DNA of 64,000 bases from Candidatus Rokuibacteriota bacterium (GCA_003220475.1 QHSO01000011.1:608-64607), one strand, 5' to 3'; shown: positions 17,614-27,705, counted from the first letter of the stretch. Notes: generated from the letters alone by a model not told the origin. Numbers and translations: made by a program.

Positions 17614-18638
17614 CACTTCTTCTCCGGCAAGAGATCGTTCGTGTAGATCTCCTCGAGCGGCACCTTGCGCTTGAGCTCGAGGTACTGCGTGTACGTGTCG
17701 CGCGTCTTCTCCAGTCGCCCCGGCTCGAACTGGCCGACCGCGACCTTGCCGCTCGTCACCTCCTCGGCGTAGACGAAGCGCGCGGCCACCTGCGCCGCGC
17801 CGATGGCGCCCTCGGGATCGACCTCGGGATGGTGCTTGAGCACGTAGCCGACGCCCTCGTCGAAGTGTTTGCCTCGAAACGCGTAGTCGGCGCCCTTCAG
17901 CGTGGCCCGCAGAAACGCCTTGAGACCCTCGGGATCCTTGGCGATCGTCTCCTCGCGCGCGACGAGCGAGGTGGACGACAGGTCGAGCCCGAGATCGGCC
18001 CACGCCGTGAGGACACGGATGTCTGCGTTCTGCTGGCGCGCGATCTTGCGGATGCGCGCCTCGTGCACGACGAAGAACGGCACCGCATCGGTGGCGCCTC
18101 TGATCAGCGAGGGTGGCATCGAGGCGGCGTCCATCGTCACCCACGTCACCGAGTTCGGCTTCAGTCCCGAGAGTCGCTCGAACACCGGCCAGAGGATCTG
18201 GTGGCTGTTGCCCGGTGAGATCGCGAGCTTCTTGCCCTCGAGATCTTTCGGCGTCTTGATCGGCGAGTCGGCGCGCACGAAGATCCCGTGGGGCGGCCGG
18301 CGGTACCAGAGCGCGATCGCCTTCACCGCCACGTCGGTGTTCGCCCGCGCGGCAATGAGCGCGGAGATGTCGGAGATACCGACCTCGCCCTGGCCCGCCG
18401 CGATGCGCTTGACGGTGTCGGCGGAGCCCTGGCCGCGCACGATCTTCACGTCGAGTCCTTCCTCGCGGTACCAGCCCTTCTCGAGCGCCGTGTAGTGCGG
18501 CACGTACTCGCCCGTGGGCACGAAGTCGAGGATCAGCGTGTAGGGCTTGAGCGGCTTCTGAGCGACGCCGGCGACGGGCAGGGCGAGCGTAGCGAGGACC
18601 ACGACGAGCGTGAGCAATCGGCGGGCAGCGCGGGTCAT
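17613..18638 (-). CDS. ABC substrate-binding protein (NMT1/THI5-like)
   Basis: Signal peptide, ALEKGWYREEGLDV, IKTPKDLEGKK. Confidence 0.9.
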   Translation of the reverse strand: MTRAARRLLTLVVVLATLALPVAGVAQKPLKPYTLILDFVPTGEYVPHYTALEKGWYREEGLDVKIVRGQGSADTVKRIAAGQGEVGISDISALIAARANTDVAVKAIALWYRRPPHGIFVRADSPIKTPKDLEGKKLAISPGNSHQILWPVFERLSGLKPNSVTWVTMDAASMPPSLIRGATDAVPFFVVHEARIRKIARQQNADIRVLTAWADLGLDLSSTSLVAREETIAKDPEGLKAFLRATLKGADYAFRGKHFDEGVGYVLKHHPEVDPEGAIGAAQVAARFVYAEEVTSGKVAVGQFEPGRLEKTRDTYTQYLELKRKVPLEEIYTNDLLPEKK

Positions 18639-18752
18639 CGACGATCCTCCGGGTCGATCGGGCTCGAAACGGCGTCATGCATCTCACGCGCTCCCGGAGC
18701 GTGTCAAGTGACGACGGGGTAGCCGGCGCTGCGAAAGGCGGCGAGCAGCTCG

Positions 18753-19130
18753 TCAGATAATCCTAAACGACCGCAGACGCCTCCCACGCCGGTAGCCGAC
18801 GCGGACGCACGGATACCACCACCACCAGCCGCGCGTGACCTCCGTGACGTCGCTCCGCGCGATGTCGAGCACCGCAACGCGCGACCAGTACCCCCAAAAC
18901 GAGACGATGCGTCGATCCGTTACGATCAGTGGACCATTCCAGCCCCAAGCGGTGGCCACGCGGCCGTAGTGGACGCTCACCTTACGGTCGACGGTGACAC
19001 GCTCGCCTGGTGCGGGGCCATCGAACCGGCGGCCCAGACCGACCGCTCGCAGGCTCCAGCCAAACAGCGAGAGATCGATGACCGCGACGGCGAACAGCGC
19101 GGCGAGCGTCAGCGCCCACCAAGCGATCAC
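18753..19130 (-). CDS. Hypothetical membrane-anchored protein (PH/GRAM-like), 3' end possibly frameshifted
   Basis: N-terminal TM, GPLIVTDRRIV motif; a plausible C-terminus DELLAAFRSAGYPVVT* lies in another frame ending at 18704. Confidence 0.5.
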   Translation of the reverse strand: MIAWWALTLAALFAVAVIDLSLFGWSLRAVGLGRRFDGPAPGERVTVDRKVSVHYGRVATAWGWNGPLIVTDRRIVSFWGYWSRVAVLDIARSDVTEVTRGWWWWYPCVRVGYRRGRRLRSFRII

Positions 19131-19136
19131 AAACGA

Positions 19137-20567
19137 TCACCGCGCGATCGCCGGCCTCCGATCGAACCACGGCCGCGCCGTCTCGAGCTGCGCGGCGAGA
19201 CGAAACAGCGTGGCCTCGTCGCCGTAGCGCGCGACCAGCTGCACGGCGACCGGCAGATCCCCGGCCACGCCGAGCGGCAGCATCATCGCCGGCTGCCCGG
19301 TGAGGTTGAACCACACGGTGAACGGCGAGAAGTGAAAGACGCGCCGCCAGTACTCGTCGACGTCCCCGAGCATCATGTCGATCAAGCCGAGCTTCGGTGG
19401 CAGCGTCGCCAGGCCGGGCGTCAGCAAGATGTCCCAGCGCTGGTGGAAGGCCGCCATCTGCCGGCCGAGCCGATGCGCGGTCTGCGTCGCGCGCACGTAG
19501 TCGGCGCCGCTCACGCGCTCACCCATCTGGCCCGTCGCCCACGTCACCCGCTCGACCTCGTCCTCGCGCGCGGGCCGGCCTCTGGCCGGATTGCCCCCGA
19601 GGTTCACGACGGTGTTCGCGGCGGCGAGCGTGAGGAACGTTGGCACCACCGCCTCGCCGTCGATGGACGGCTTGACCTCCTCGACATGGTGGCCGAGATC
19701 GACGCACAGCTTTGCCGTCTCGCCGAGCGTGCGCAGGCTGTCGGCCTCTACCTTGGCGCCGTTCGGCGCGACGCTCGTGAACGCGATGCGCAGCCGTCCC
19801 GGATCGGCGCCGACCTCACTCGACAGCGAACGCGCCAGCGGCGGCGCGACGTAGGGATCGCCCGGGCCTGCGCCCGCGGTGGCGTCGAGCAGCGCCGCCG
19901 AATCGCGCACCGTCAGCGTGACCGCGTGCTCCGCCGACAGCCCGCCGAGGCCCTCGCCCGTGTACGGCGCCATCGTGTTGCGGCCGCGCGTGGGCTTGAG
20001 GCCGACGAGGCCGCAGCACGCCGCGGGCGCGCGGATGCTGCCGAAGCCGTCGGTCGCGTGCGCCATCGGCAGCATCCGCGCGCCGACGGCCGCCGCGGCG
20101 CCGCCGCTGCTGCCGCCCGAGATGCGCGTGGGGTCCCACGGGTTCTTCGTCGCGCCGTGCATCTGCGGCTCGCAGGTGAGGGACAGGCCGAGCTCGCACG
20201 TATTGGTGCGTCCGAAGACGACGAGCCCGGCGCGCTTGAGCCGGCGCACGTGCTCGCTGTCCGCGGTCGGCGCCGGCGCGTCGGCGTAATAGCGGCTCGA
20301 GCGTGTCATGGGCACGCCGGCGATCGATGCCGTGAGGTCCTTCATCAGATAGGGCACGCCGCGGAACGGACCGTCCGGCAGCCCGGCCGCGATCGCCCGG
20401 CGGCCGAAGTCGTAGAGCTTCATGGTGACGGCGTTGACCAGCGGGTTGCGCGCCTCCACGCGCGCGATCGCCGCTTCCATCAGCTCTTCCGGCGCGATGT
20501 CCCCTCGCGCGACCAGCTCGGCCAGCCCCAACCCGTCGTACCGCTCATACTCGCCGAATCCCGTCAT
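19137..20567 (-). CDS. Amidase signature family enzyme
   Basis: GVPYLMKD, GGSSGG, DGFGSIRAPA..CG..GLKP; RBS before ATG 20567. Confidence 0.93.
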   Translation of the reverse strand: MTGFGEYERYDGLGLAELVARGDIAPEELMEAAIARVEARNPLVNAVTMKLYDFGRRAIAAGLPDGPFRGVPYLMKDLTASIAGVPMTRSSRYYADAPAPTADSEHVRRLKRAGLVVFGRTNTCELGLSLTCEPQMHGATKNPWDPTRISGGSSGGAAAAVGARMLPMAHATDGFGSIRAPAACCGLVGLKPTRGRNTMAPYTGEGLGGLSAEHAVTLTVRDSAALLDATAGAGPGDPYVAPPLARSLSSEVGADPGRLRIAFTSVAPNGAKVEADSLRTLGETAKLCVDLGHHVEEVKPSIDGEAVVPTFLTLAAANTVVNLGGNPARGRPAREDEVERVTWATGQMGERVSGADYVRATQTAHRLGRQMAAFHQRWDILLTPGLATLPPKLGLIDMMLGDVDEYWRRVFHFSPFTVWFNLTGQPAMMLPLGVAGDLPVAVQLVARYGDEATLFRLAAQLETARPWFDRRPAIAR

Positions 20568-20618
20568 CGGACGCTCCTTTGTCGCGGCCACTCTACAGTA
20601 GAATCGGTGTTGACCCGC

Positions 20619-21752
20619 ATGGGGTGGCACCTTCCGTTCGATCGCGCCGGACGCTGCCTCACGCGAGGCCAGCGTGCGCTCGCCCGCCGCGACTTTCTCG
20701 ACGCCGAACGGCTGCTGCGCGAGGCGCTCGGCGGGCGCCCACACTCCGCGCACGTCCACCTGTATCTCGCGCACGCGCTGGCCGAGCAGGAGCGGCTGGC
20801 GGATGCAGAGGCCGCGTTCGAGCGCGCGGCGGCGCTGGCGCCGCACAACTTCGTCGTCCCGCTGCATCTGGCCATCGTGCGGCTCGACGCCGCCCAGCAC
20901 GCGCGCGCGCGCGAGGCGCTCGAGCGCGCGGCGCGGTTGGCGCCCGACAATCCGCTCGTCGCGGGATATCTCGATCTCATCGCGTGGGCGGAGGGCGAGC
21001 ACGGCCGCCTCGACGGCCTCGGGCGTCGCGCGCGTGAGCTGCCGGAGTCGTTTCGCGCGCGCCTGCTGCTGCACCTGGCGGCCTGGACGCTGCGCACCCG
21101 CGGCGGCAAGGCCGCCGTCGCGCTCCTCGAGCCGCCGCCCGATCGGCCGCTGGCGATCCGCCTGCCCGCGCCGCTGCGCGCGCGCTGGCACCGCCGCCGC
21201 GGCGAGCGCGCGCGCCGGCTGCTCGAGGCCGGCCGCTTCGAGGACGCCGCGGACTATCTCGCCGCGCAGCCCGGCGCGCTCGACGGCGCGGACGCGCACG
21301 CGCTGCTCGAGCGGGCGCGCCGTGGCGCCGTGACCGCCGTGGCGACGGCGCTCGAGCGCGCGGCGCCGCCCGAGCGCCGCGCGCTGCTGCTGCGCCGCTA
21401 CGAGTACGAAAACGACCTCGGCGACCGTGACGCGGCCTATCGCACGCTGCAGGCCTGGCTGGCCGCGTACCAGCAGGACGGCGCGCCCGCGTCGGAGATG
21501 CCGGTGGCCGAGGCGGCGGCGCGGCGACTGGCCGAGCTGGACGTCGAGCGCGGCGAATTCGAGCAGGCTCTGCAACACTGTGGAGCGTCGCGGGCGGCGC
21601 GGCCCGCGCGGGAGACGCACGGCGTGGAGGGGCTCGCGCTGCTCGGCCTCGGGCGGCGGCGGCCGGCGCGGCATCGGTTCGAGGATTTTCTCGCCGATGC
21701 CTTGTTTCCCATCGAAATCGCGGTCGCGCGCGCGCAGAACTCGGCGGCATGA
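20619..21752 (+). CDS. Tetratricopeptide-repeat protein
   Basis: Repeated helical A..P...H..LA..L TPR units; start 20610 (TTG) or 20619. Confidence 0.7.
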   Translation: MGWHLPFDRAGRCLTRGQRALARRDFLDAERLLREALGGRPHSAHVHLYLAHALAEQERLADAEAAFERAAALAPHNFVVPLHLAIVRLDAAQHARAREALERAARLAPDNPLVAGYLDLIAWAEGEHGRLDGLGRRARELPESFRARLLLHLAAWTLRTRGGKAAVALLEPPPDRPLAIRLPAPLRARWHRRRGERARRLLEAGRFEDAADYLAAQPGALDGADAHALLERARRGAVTAVATALERAAPPERRALLLRRYEYENDLGDRDAAYRTLQAWLAAYQQDGAPASEMPVAEAAARRLAELDVERGEFEQALQHCGASRAARPARETHGVEGLALLGLGRRRPARHRFEDFLADALFPIEIAVARAQNSAA

Positions 21753-21774
21753 CGGCTGCATCGTCAACCGTGAG

Positions 21775-23085
21775 ATGGCGTCTGACGTGTCCCCCTGGAA
21801 GCTCGGCGGCCTCACGGTGCGCGAGCTTGCCCGCCGCGTGTGGCGCGAGATCGAGGAGGACGCGGTCGCCGACCGAGGCGCCGCGCTCGCCTACTACTTC
21901 CTGTTTGCGCTGTTCCCCGCGCTGCTGTTCCTGACCGCGCTGCTCGGCCTGCTGCCGATTCCGAGTCTCATGGATCGCCTCATGGAGTACGTCACTCGTG
22001 CGCTGCCCCCGGATGCGGCGTCGGTGACGCAAAAGACGCTCCGCGAGATCGTGCGGGGCGCGCACAGCGGTCTGCTCTCGCTCGGTGTGCTCGGCGCGCT
22101 GTGGGCGGCCTCCAACGGCATGGCCTCGATCATCAGCGCGCTGAACGCGGTGTACGACGTCCCCGAAACGCGGCCGTTCTGGAAGCACAAGACGCTCGCG
22201 ATCGGCCTGACGCTGCTGTTCTCAGGCTTCATCCTCACCGCGCTGGTGTTGATGGTCTTCGGCCCGAAGATCGGCGAGACCATCGCCGGCTGGGTCGGGC
22301 TCGGCTGGCTCTTCACGGTCGTCTGGAACGTGATCAGCATTCCGGTCGTCGTTCTGCTGGTCAGCCTCGGTGTCGCGCTCGTCTACTATCTGGCGCCCGC
22401 CGTCGAGCAGAAATTCCGCTGGGTGACACCGGGCTCCGCCCTGGCCGTCGTCCTCTGGCTGGCGATGTCGGCGGCCCTGCGCTGGTACGTCACCCACTTC
22501 GCGAACTACAACGCCACCTACGGCTCGCTCGGCGGCGCGATCCTCCTGATGCTCTGGCTCTACCTGAGCGGTGTCGCGCTGCTCCTCGGCGGCGAGGTGA
22601 ACGCGGTGATCGAGCACGCCGCCGCCGAGCGTGGCGCCGCGGACGCCAAGGCCGCGGGTGAGGCGGTGCCGGGCGAAGCGCTGCCCGCCAACGTCTTCCG
22701 GCTGCCGGTGCGGCCGGCGGCGCGTGCCGCGGTCTCGGTCACCGAAGGCGTGGCGCGCCTCGCACGGCTGGAGGTCGAGCTGGCGGTGAGCGAGACACGC
22801 CGCGTCGCCGTCGATCTCGGTCTGGCGTCCGCGGTGGCCATGGTGGCCGCGATCATCCTCGTGACCGGCTTGACCGTCACGCTCGCCGCGGCGCTCGCGC
22901 CGATCTTCGGCGCCGACTGGCGGCCACTGCTGAGCGCGGGCGGGGGCGGCGCGCTGCTCGCCGGCGCCGCGCTGGCCTGGTCGATTTATCGCGTGCGCCA
23001 CCTCGGCGTGCTGCGCGAGACCTTTGCATCCATCAAGGAGACGTGGCAATGGGCCGAACGGCGACTGAAGTCCGGGACGACGTAG
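21775..23085 (+). CDS. YihY/BrkB family membrane protein with C-terminal holin-like (YhjD/Phage_holin_3_6-like) extension
   Basis: [30 protein letters not shown]; extension [12 protein letters not shown] plus two TM helices plus ET.ASIKE..W. Confidence 0.85.
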   Translation: MASDVSPWKLGGLTVRELARRVWREIEEDAVADRGAALAYYFLFALFPALLFLTALLGLLPIPSLMDRLMEYVTRALPPDAASVTQKTLREIVRGAHSGLLSLGVLGALWAASNGMASIISALNAVYDVPETRPFWKHKTLAIGLTLLFSGFILTALVLMVFGPKIGETIAGWVGLGWLFTVVWNVISIPVVVLLVSLGVALVYYLAPAVEQKFRWVTPGSALAVVLWLAMSAALRWYVTHFANYNATYGSLGGAILLMLWLYLSGVALLLGGEVNAVIEHAAAERGAADAKAAGEAVPGEALPANVFRLPVRPAARAAVSVTEGVARLARLEVELAVSETRRVAVDLGLASAVAMVAAIILVTGLTVTLAAALAPIFGADWRPLLSAGGGGALLAGAALAWSIYRVRHLGVLRETFASIKETWQWAERRLKSGTT

Positions 23086-23318
23086 CGCTCGCGGGCCGCC
23101 TCGTGGTCGATGCCTTCGAGGAAGTGCGTCGCCGCGGCTGGCTGCCGTGGATTCCGCTGGCGGCGGCGGTGATGGCAGGTCTCGCCCTGCGCAAGCGCCC
23201 GATGTCGGACGTCGCCGAGCGTGCGGGCCGCACGGCCGAGCGCGCGCTGCAGGTGGCCGGCGCGCTCGCGGCGATCGAGCGCTTCCGCGAGATGACCCGC
23301 CGCCGCAAGGCGGCGTAG
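23049..23318 (+). CDS. Small membrane-associated protein (DUF3618-like)
   Basis: [12 protein letters not shown] start, one hydrophobic helix; overlaps the upstream gene end. Confidence 0.55.
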   Translation: MGRTATEVRDDVALAGRLVVDAFEEVRRRGWLPWIPLAAAVMAGLALRKRPMSDVAERAGRTAERALQVAGALAAIERFREMTRRRKAA

Positions 23319-23319
23319 T

Positions 23320-24099
23320 CTAGCGGCCCTGGAAGTTCGCCTTGCGCTTCTCGAGGAAGGCGCGCGCGCCTTCCTTGAAATCCTCGCTGAGGTAACAGGA
23401 CAGCAGCAGATCCTCGAGGCTGCCGGGCGACGTCGCCACGATCATTCGCCGCACGGCCTCCTTCGTCGCGGCCAGCGTCAGCGGCGCCAGCTCGGCAATG
23501 TGCGCGGCGAGCTCCTTCACGCGGCCGCGTAGCGCCGCCGCGGGATGGACCTCGTCCACCAGCCCGATGGTCTTGGCGTCCGCCGCACTCACCAGACGCG
23601 CCGTCAGCACGATCTCGCGCGCGCGGACGGGCCCGACGGTGGCCGCGAGCAGGCCGAGGCTGAACGGCGCGGCGAAGTTGCCGAGCGTGCGGGCGACGGG
23701 CGCGCCGAAGCGCGCGTGCTCCGCGACGATGCGCAGATCGCACGCGAGCGACATGAACATGCCGCCGCCGACCGCGTCGCCGCCGACCATCGCGATCGTC
23801 GGCTTGGTCATGTTCGCGATGCGGCCGAGCACGCGCGTGATGCGTGCCTCGTAGCCGAGCGCATCGTCCTTGGTCTTGAAGGTCAGGAACTGCCGGATGT
23901 CGGTGCCGCTCACGAACGCCTTGTCTCCGGCGCCCGTGAGCACCATCACGCGCACGCCCGCGTCCTTGTCGATCTTGTCGCACAGATCGTGCAACGTCTC
24001 GTACATCTCGAACGTCATGGCGTTGCGCGCCTCGGGCCGGTTGAAGGTGACGGTGACGACGCGGCCGTCCTGCTCGACGAGGATGGGATCGAGGGTCAT
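23320..24099 (-). CDS. Enoyl-CoA hydratase/isomerase family protein
   Basis: NRPEARNAM, AFVSGTDI, KPTIA...AVGGG...ACDLRI, AFLEKR. Confidence 0.93.
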   Translation of the reverse strand: MTLDPILVEQDGRVVTVTFNRPEARNAMTFEMYETLHDLCDKIDKDAGVRVMVLTGAGDKAFVSGTDIRQFLTFKTKDDALGYEARITRVLGRIANMTKPTIAMVGGDAVGGGMFMSLACDLRIVAEHARFGAPVARTLGNFAAPFSLGLLAATVGPVRAREIVLTARLVSAADAKTIGLVDEVHPAAALRGRVKELAAHIAELAPLTLAATKEAVRRMIVATSPGSLEDLLLSCYLSEDFKEGARAFLEKRKANFQGR

Positions 24100-24147
24100 G
24101 CCTCAGACGATAGCGCAGCCGCACCACCGCCTGCTACTCTTTGACCG

Positions 24148-24456
24148 ATGCTCGATCGTCTCGCCGATCTGCTGCTGTGGTCGGGGCGCGTCCGCCGTTT
24201 CGACGTCGACGCGGCGCCGGCCGACGTGCTGCTACAGAGCTCGCTGGTCCTGCGCGGGCTCGGCGCGTCGCTCGCGCGCCTGGATCTCGACGCGGGAACG
24301 CTCGAAGCACGGCTGGCCGTGGGCGGCGTCCTGCGCGTGCACGCAGAGGCGGATGCGGACATGCGCAGCCACGTGGCGATCGACGTCGAGGGACGCGACT
24401 GGGCTGGTGTGGCGCGCGTCCTCGCCCGTGAGCTTGCCGACGGAGCCGGCGCGTGA
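24148..24456 (+). CDS. Hypothetical protein (102 aa)
   Basis: TACTCT-N7-ATG leaderless start; GTGA-coupled to pcp. Confidence 0.6.
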   Translation: MLDRLADLLLWSGRVRRFDVDAAPADVLLQSSLVLRGLGASLARLDLDAGTLEARLAVGGVLRVHAEADADMRSHVAIDVEGRDWAGVARVLARELADGAGA

Positions 24457-25013
24457 TCTTGCTGACGGGCTTCGAGCCGTTCGGCACGTATACGACCAAC
24501 CCGTCCGGTGAGGTCGCCAAGGCACTCGACGGCCGCGCGTTCGGCGCCGAAGTCGTCCGCGGCGTGGTGCTGCCGGTGCACCACCGCGAGGCGGCGCTCG
24601 CCGTGACACGCCTGCTCGACGAGGTCGCGCCGCGCGCGATCGTTCACGTCGGGCTCGCGGGCGGCCGCGCGCGCATCGCGCTGGAGCGCGTGGCCGTCAA
24701 TGTCATGGACTTCGAGATCGCCGACAACGCGGGCTATCGCGCCGCCGGCGAGGCCTGCGTGCCGGGCGGACCCGTCGCCTACTTCAGCACGCTGCCGCTC
24801 GGCGCCATCCTCGACGCGCTCGTGGCCGAGGGCGTGCCCGCGTACCTGTCGAGCAGCGCGGGCACCTATCTCTGCAACCAGACGATGTACACGACGCGCG
24901 ACCTGCTCGAGCGGCGCGGGCTCACGATTCCCGCCGGCTTCATCCATCTGCCGCAGTCCGCCGCGATGGTGGCCACCCCGGTCTCGATCAGCCGAGCATG
25001 GATCTGCCGCTGA
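24453..25013 (+). pseudogene. pcp: Pyroglutamyl-peptidase I, C-terminally frameshifted and truncated
   Basis: LLTGFEPFG...NPS, ALERVAVN, SAGTYLCN, GFIHLP intact; expected GLDQPSMDLPL continues in another frame after about 24978 and the final helix is missing. Confidence 0.65.
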
Positions 25014-25129
25014 TCCAGGTGCAGCACGAGTCGGACGAGGTCGAGTGGCCCGAGCTCGCGATCGAGGTACGCCGACATGCGCGCGATCGCTTCGCGGCAC
25101 GTTATCAAGATCGGCGTGCGCCGGCTCAC
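25013..25129 (-). pseudogene. Truncated zf-HC2 anti-sigma-like gene
   Basis: GTG coupled to the cyclase stop; ITCREAIARMSAYLDREL...LVLHL then no CxxC, frame runs into antisense pcp sequence. Confidence 0.6.
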
Positions 25130-26961
25130 GAGGCCTCCGAGGCGGCGCCGGTGGTGCCCATGGTGTCGAGCACGGCGGCGTCGGCCGGGTCCACCGATGT
25201 GAGGTGAATTCGCACGCGTCCGGCCGTCTGGGTCGTGACCTTGCCCCAGAGATCGCCGGACACGCGGCCGAGCTCCGGCCATGTCAGTCGAAGCCGCACG
25301 TTGGTGAGCGGCGCGAGCGGCGTCTCCAGTTCGGCCTCGAGCTGCCGGCCCGACACGCGGCGCACGCGTCCGGCGAACGATTCGCTTCGGACCTGCTTGC
25401 CGTCGACGACCCAGCCGACGAGCGGCAGCGAGACGTCGCGCTCCGCGGTCACAACGGCGTCGCGACGCTGCGCCCACCGGCCACCGAGCCCGCGCAGCTC
25501 GTAGAGCGCCACGGGCGCCTCGAGGCCCTTGAGCTCGACGTGCACAGGCGGCGCCACCTCGGCCAGCGGCCCCAGGTAGCGCACGGTCGACTCGGTCAGC
25601 AAGATCTGGCCGCCGACCGTGCAACTCTCGACGCGCGCCGCGAGATTGACGGCGGCGCCGACCACCGCATACTTCGTTCGCTGCTCGGAGCCGATGTTGC
25701 CGACCACGGCTTCGCCGGTGTTGATCCCGATGCCCATCTCGAATCGTGGGCGCCCGCGCGTGGCGTTGGCCTCGTTCAGCGCATCCATCGCGCGCTGCAT
25801 GGCGAGCGCCGTCGCCGCCGCGCGCTCGGCGTGATCGGTGTGCTCGATCGGCGCGCCGTACACCGCGAAGATCGCGTCGCCGATGAACTCGTTGATGGTG
25901 CCGCCATGCGCGATGACGATCTCGGCCATCTTCCCCAGGTAGTCGTTGAGGACGGCCATGACGCCGGCCGGATCGCCGTGCTCCGCGAATCGCGTGTAGC
26001 CGCGCAGGTCGGACATGAGCACGGTGATCTCGCGCTTGCGGCCGCCGAGCGCCAGCCCGTCCGGCGACTCGAGCACGGCGCTGGCGACCTCGGGGGAGAC
26101 GTAACGGCCGAAGGCGTTGCGAATGATCTCGCGCTGGCGCAGCCCCTCGACCATCGCGTTGAAGGCGCGCGTGAGGTGGCCGACCTCGTCGCGCGAGCTC
26201 ACGGTGGGCGCCTGCGAGAGATCGCCGGCGGCGACTCGGCCGGCGGCGCCGGTCAGCGCGACGATCGGCCGCGTGAGTCGCCGGGCGAAGACGATGGCCA
26301 GCACGACCGACAGCAGCACGCCGGCGACGCTGCCCAGGGCGATCGTCTTATCGAGCTCGCGCAGGCGGTCGAAATAGAAATCGACCGGATAGTCGACCTG
26401 GAGCACGGCCGCCGCGGCGCCACGCGCGTCGAGGATCGGCGCGAAGGCGCTGATGCGCATGCCACCGCGCGTGCGATAGATGCCCGTATAGCGCGCCACG
26501 CCGTCCTCGAACGTCCACGCGACGGCGTTCGCGGCCTCCGGCCCGATCGTCACCGTCTCACCCGGGCGCTCGTCGTCGGCGGTGGTCACGACGATGCGCG
26601 CGCGTCGGCTGACGGGGTCATAGCTGGCCAGCGTCCGCATCGGCGTCGTGAGCAGAGTCTCCTCGCGAATGGCGGCCAGCGCCCTGATGACCCGGCGATA
26701 GGCGGGTGTGTCGGCTCGGACGGCACGCGCGGCCTCGGCGTGTGCGGTGCGGTCGACCATCAGCGCGCTCACGCGCGCGATGTTTAGCAGCTGCGTGCCG
26801 ACGGTATCCTCGACCTCCGCGCTCTGGCGCCGATGCACGAGCACGCCGACGACCCCCACCGTGAGCAGCGTCACGACGACGAAGACGGCGGCGAGCCGCA
26901 CCGCCAGGCGCTGCCACGGGCGCAGCGCCGGCGCCGTCGGAAACGCGCTCGCGCCCATCAT
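25126..26961 (-). CDS. Membrane-bound class III adenylate/guanylate cyclase with HAMP domain
   Basis: 2 TM, HAMP (RPIVAL...RDEVGHL..AFN.M), SDLRGYT, FIGDA, GIGINTG, GAAVNLAARVE; ATGA-coupled to DoxX. Confidence 0.92.
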   Translation of the reverse strand: MMGASAFPTAPALRPWQRLAVRLAAVFVVVTLLTVGVVGVLVHRRQSAEVEDTVGTQLLNIARVSALMVDRTAHAEAARAVRADTPAYRRVIRALAAIREETLLTTPMRTLASYDPVSRRARIVVTTADDERPGETVTIGPEAANAVAWTFEDGVARYTGIYRTRGGMRISAFAPILDARGAAAAVLQVDYPVDFYFDRLRELDKTIALGSVAGVLLSVVLAIVFARRLTRPIVALTGAAGRVAAGDLSQAPTVSSRDEVGHLTRAFNAMVEGLRQREIIRNAFGRYVSPEVASAVLESPDGLALGGRKREITVLMSDLRGYTRFAEHGDPAGVMAVLNDYLGKMAEIVIAHGGTINEFIGDAIFAVYGAPIEHTDHAERAAATALAMQRAMDALNEANATRGRPRFEMGIGINTGEAVVGNIGSEQRTKYAVVGAAVNLAARVESCTVGGQILLTESTVRYLGPLAEVAPPVHVELKGLEAPVALYELRGLGGRWAQRRDAVVTAERDVSLPLVGWVVDGKQVRSESFAGRVRRVSGRQLEAELETPLAPLTNVRLRLTWPELGRVSGDLWGKVTTQTAGRVRIHLTSVDPADAAVLDTMGTTGAASEAS

Positions 26962-27434
26962 TCTCCGCGACAGGTGGGAGGCTCGAGGCCGAGCACGCGG
27001 TCCAGCGACCACGGACCGGCGCCGCGCGTGAGGAGGAACAGGAGAATCGAGGCCCAGGTCAGATGCTCGGAATAGGCGTTCGGGTACACGAACGTCTGGA
27101 TCACCACGATCATGCCGAGCAGCGGCAGCGTGGCGACCCGGGTGGCGAGACCCAGGATCACAAGCGCCGAGCAGCCGAGCTCGAAGGTTGCCGCCATCGT
27201 TGCGGCGAGCTCCGGGGAGAGCACCGGCACCTTGTACTCGTCGGCGAACAGCTGCACGGTCGTCTCCCACGACGCGATCTTGGTGAGCCCGGCCTTGACG
27301 AACACGCTCGCGACGCCCAGCCGGAACATCAGCTGCAGCAGCGCCAGCGGGAACCGGCCGAGCACGTCGAGAAGCCGCGCCAGCGAGGCCCGCACGCCGG
27401 AGGCCGGCATCGTCGTCAGCGCCTGCGTGGCCAT
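26958..27434 (-). CDS. DoxX family membrane protein (BufD-like)
   Basis: FRLGVASVFVKAGLTK, LFADEYKVP, LGLATR, GAGPWSLD. Confidence 0.9.
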   Translation of the reverse strand: MATQALTTMPASGVRASLARLLDVLGRFPLALLQLMFRLGVASVFVKAGLTKIASWETTVQLFADEYKVPVLSPELAATMAATFELGCSALVILGLATRVATLPLLGMIVVIQTFVYPNAYSEHLTWASILLFLLTRGAGPWSLDRVLGLEPPTCRGE

Positions 27435-27435
27435 G

Positions 27436-27705
27436 TCAGGCCTTCTTGGGTTCCTTGCTGCCGCCCACGACCTTGTCGCACGAGCCCGCCGGGATGTAGA
27501 TCCACGCGTCGCCCTGGTTGTCGCGCTTGGAGGTGCCCGCGCACGACGAGTTGGCCGTCTGGCAGTCGTTCTTGCCCGCCTTGGCGATGCCGAAGCACTT
27601 CTCGGCCTCGAACTTGGGTTTGGGCGCGGGGCCGGCGTGCGATGCATAGGGCATCGCGAGCGCGGCGGCCACGGCAGAAGCGATGAGCAACGTCGACGTC
27701 TTCAT
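27436..27705 (-). CDS. DUF2282 family secreted Cys-rich peptide (bufferin BufA1-like precursor), 89 aa
   Basis: AAGGAGG RBS, signal peptide, EKCFGIAKAGKNDC....SCAG...W.YIPAGSC.K..GG with four Cys. Confidence 0.9.
   Translation of the reverse strand: MKTSTLLIASAVAAALAMPYASHAGPAPKPKFEAEKCFGIAKAGKNDCQTANSSCAGTSKRDNQGDAWIYIPAGSCDKVVGGSKEPKKA

Noticed and set aside
18753-18755. TGA at the end of the PH-like gene as a possible Sec codon
   Set aside because: In-frame continuation is Arg-rich and non-coding-like; the plausible C-terminus is in a different frame.
22700-23085. Holin-like domain as evidence for a prophage
   Set aside because: No endolysin, structural or integrase genes; this domain type is common in non-phage stress clusters.
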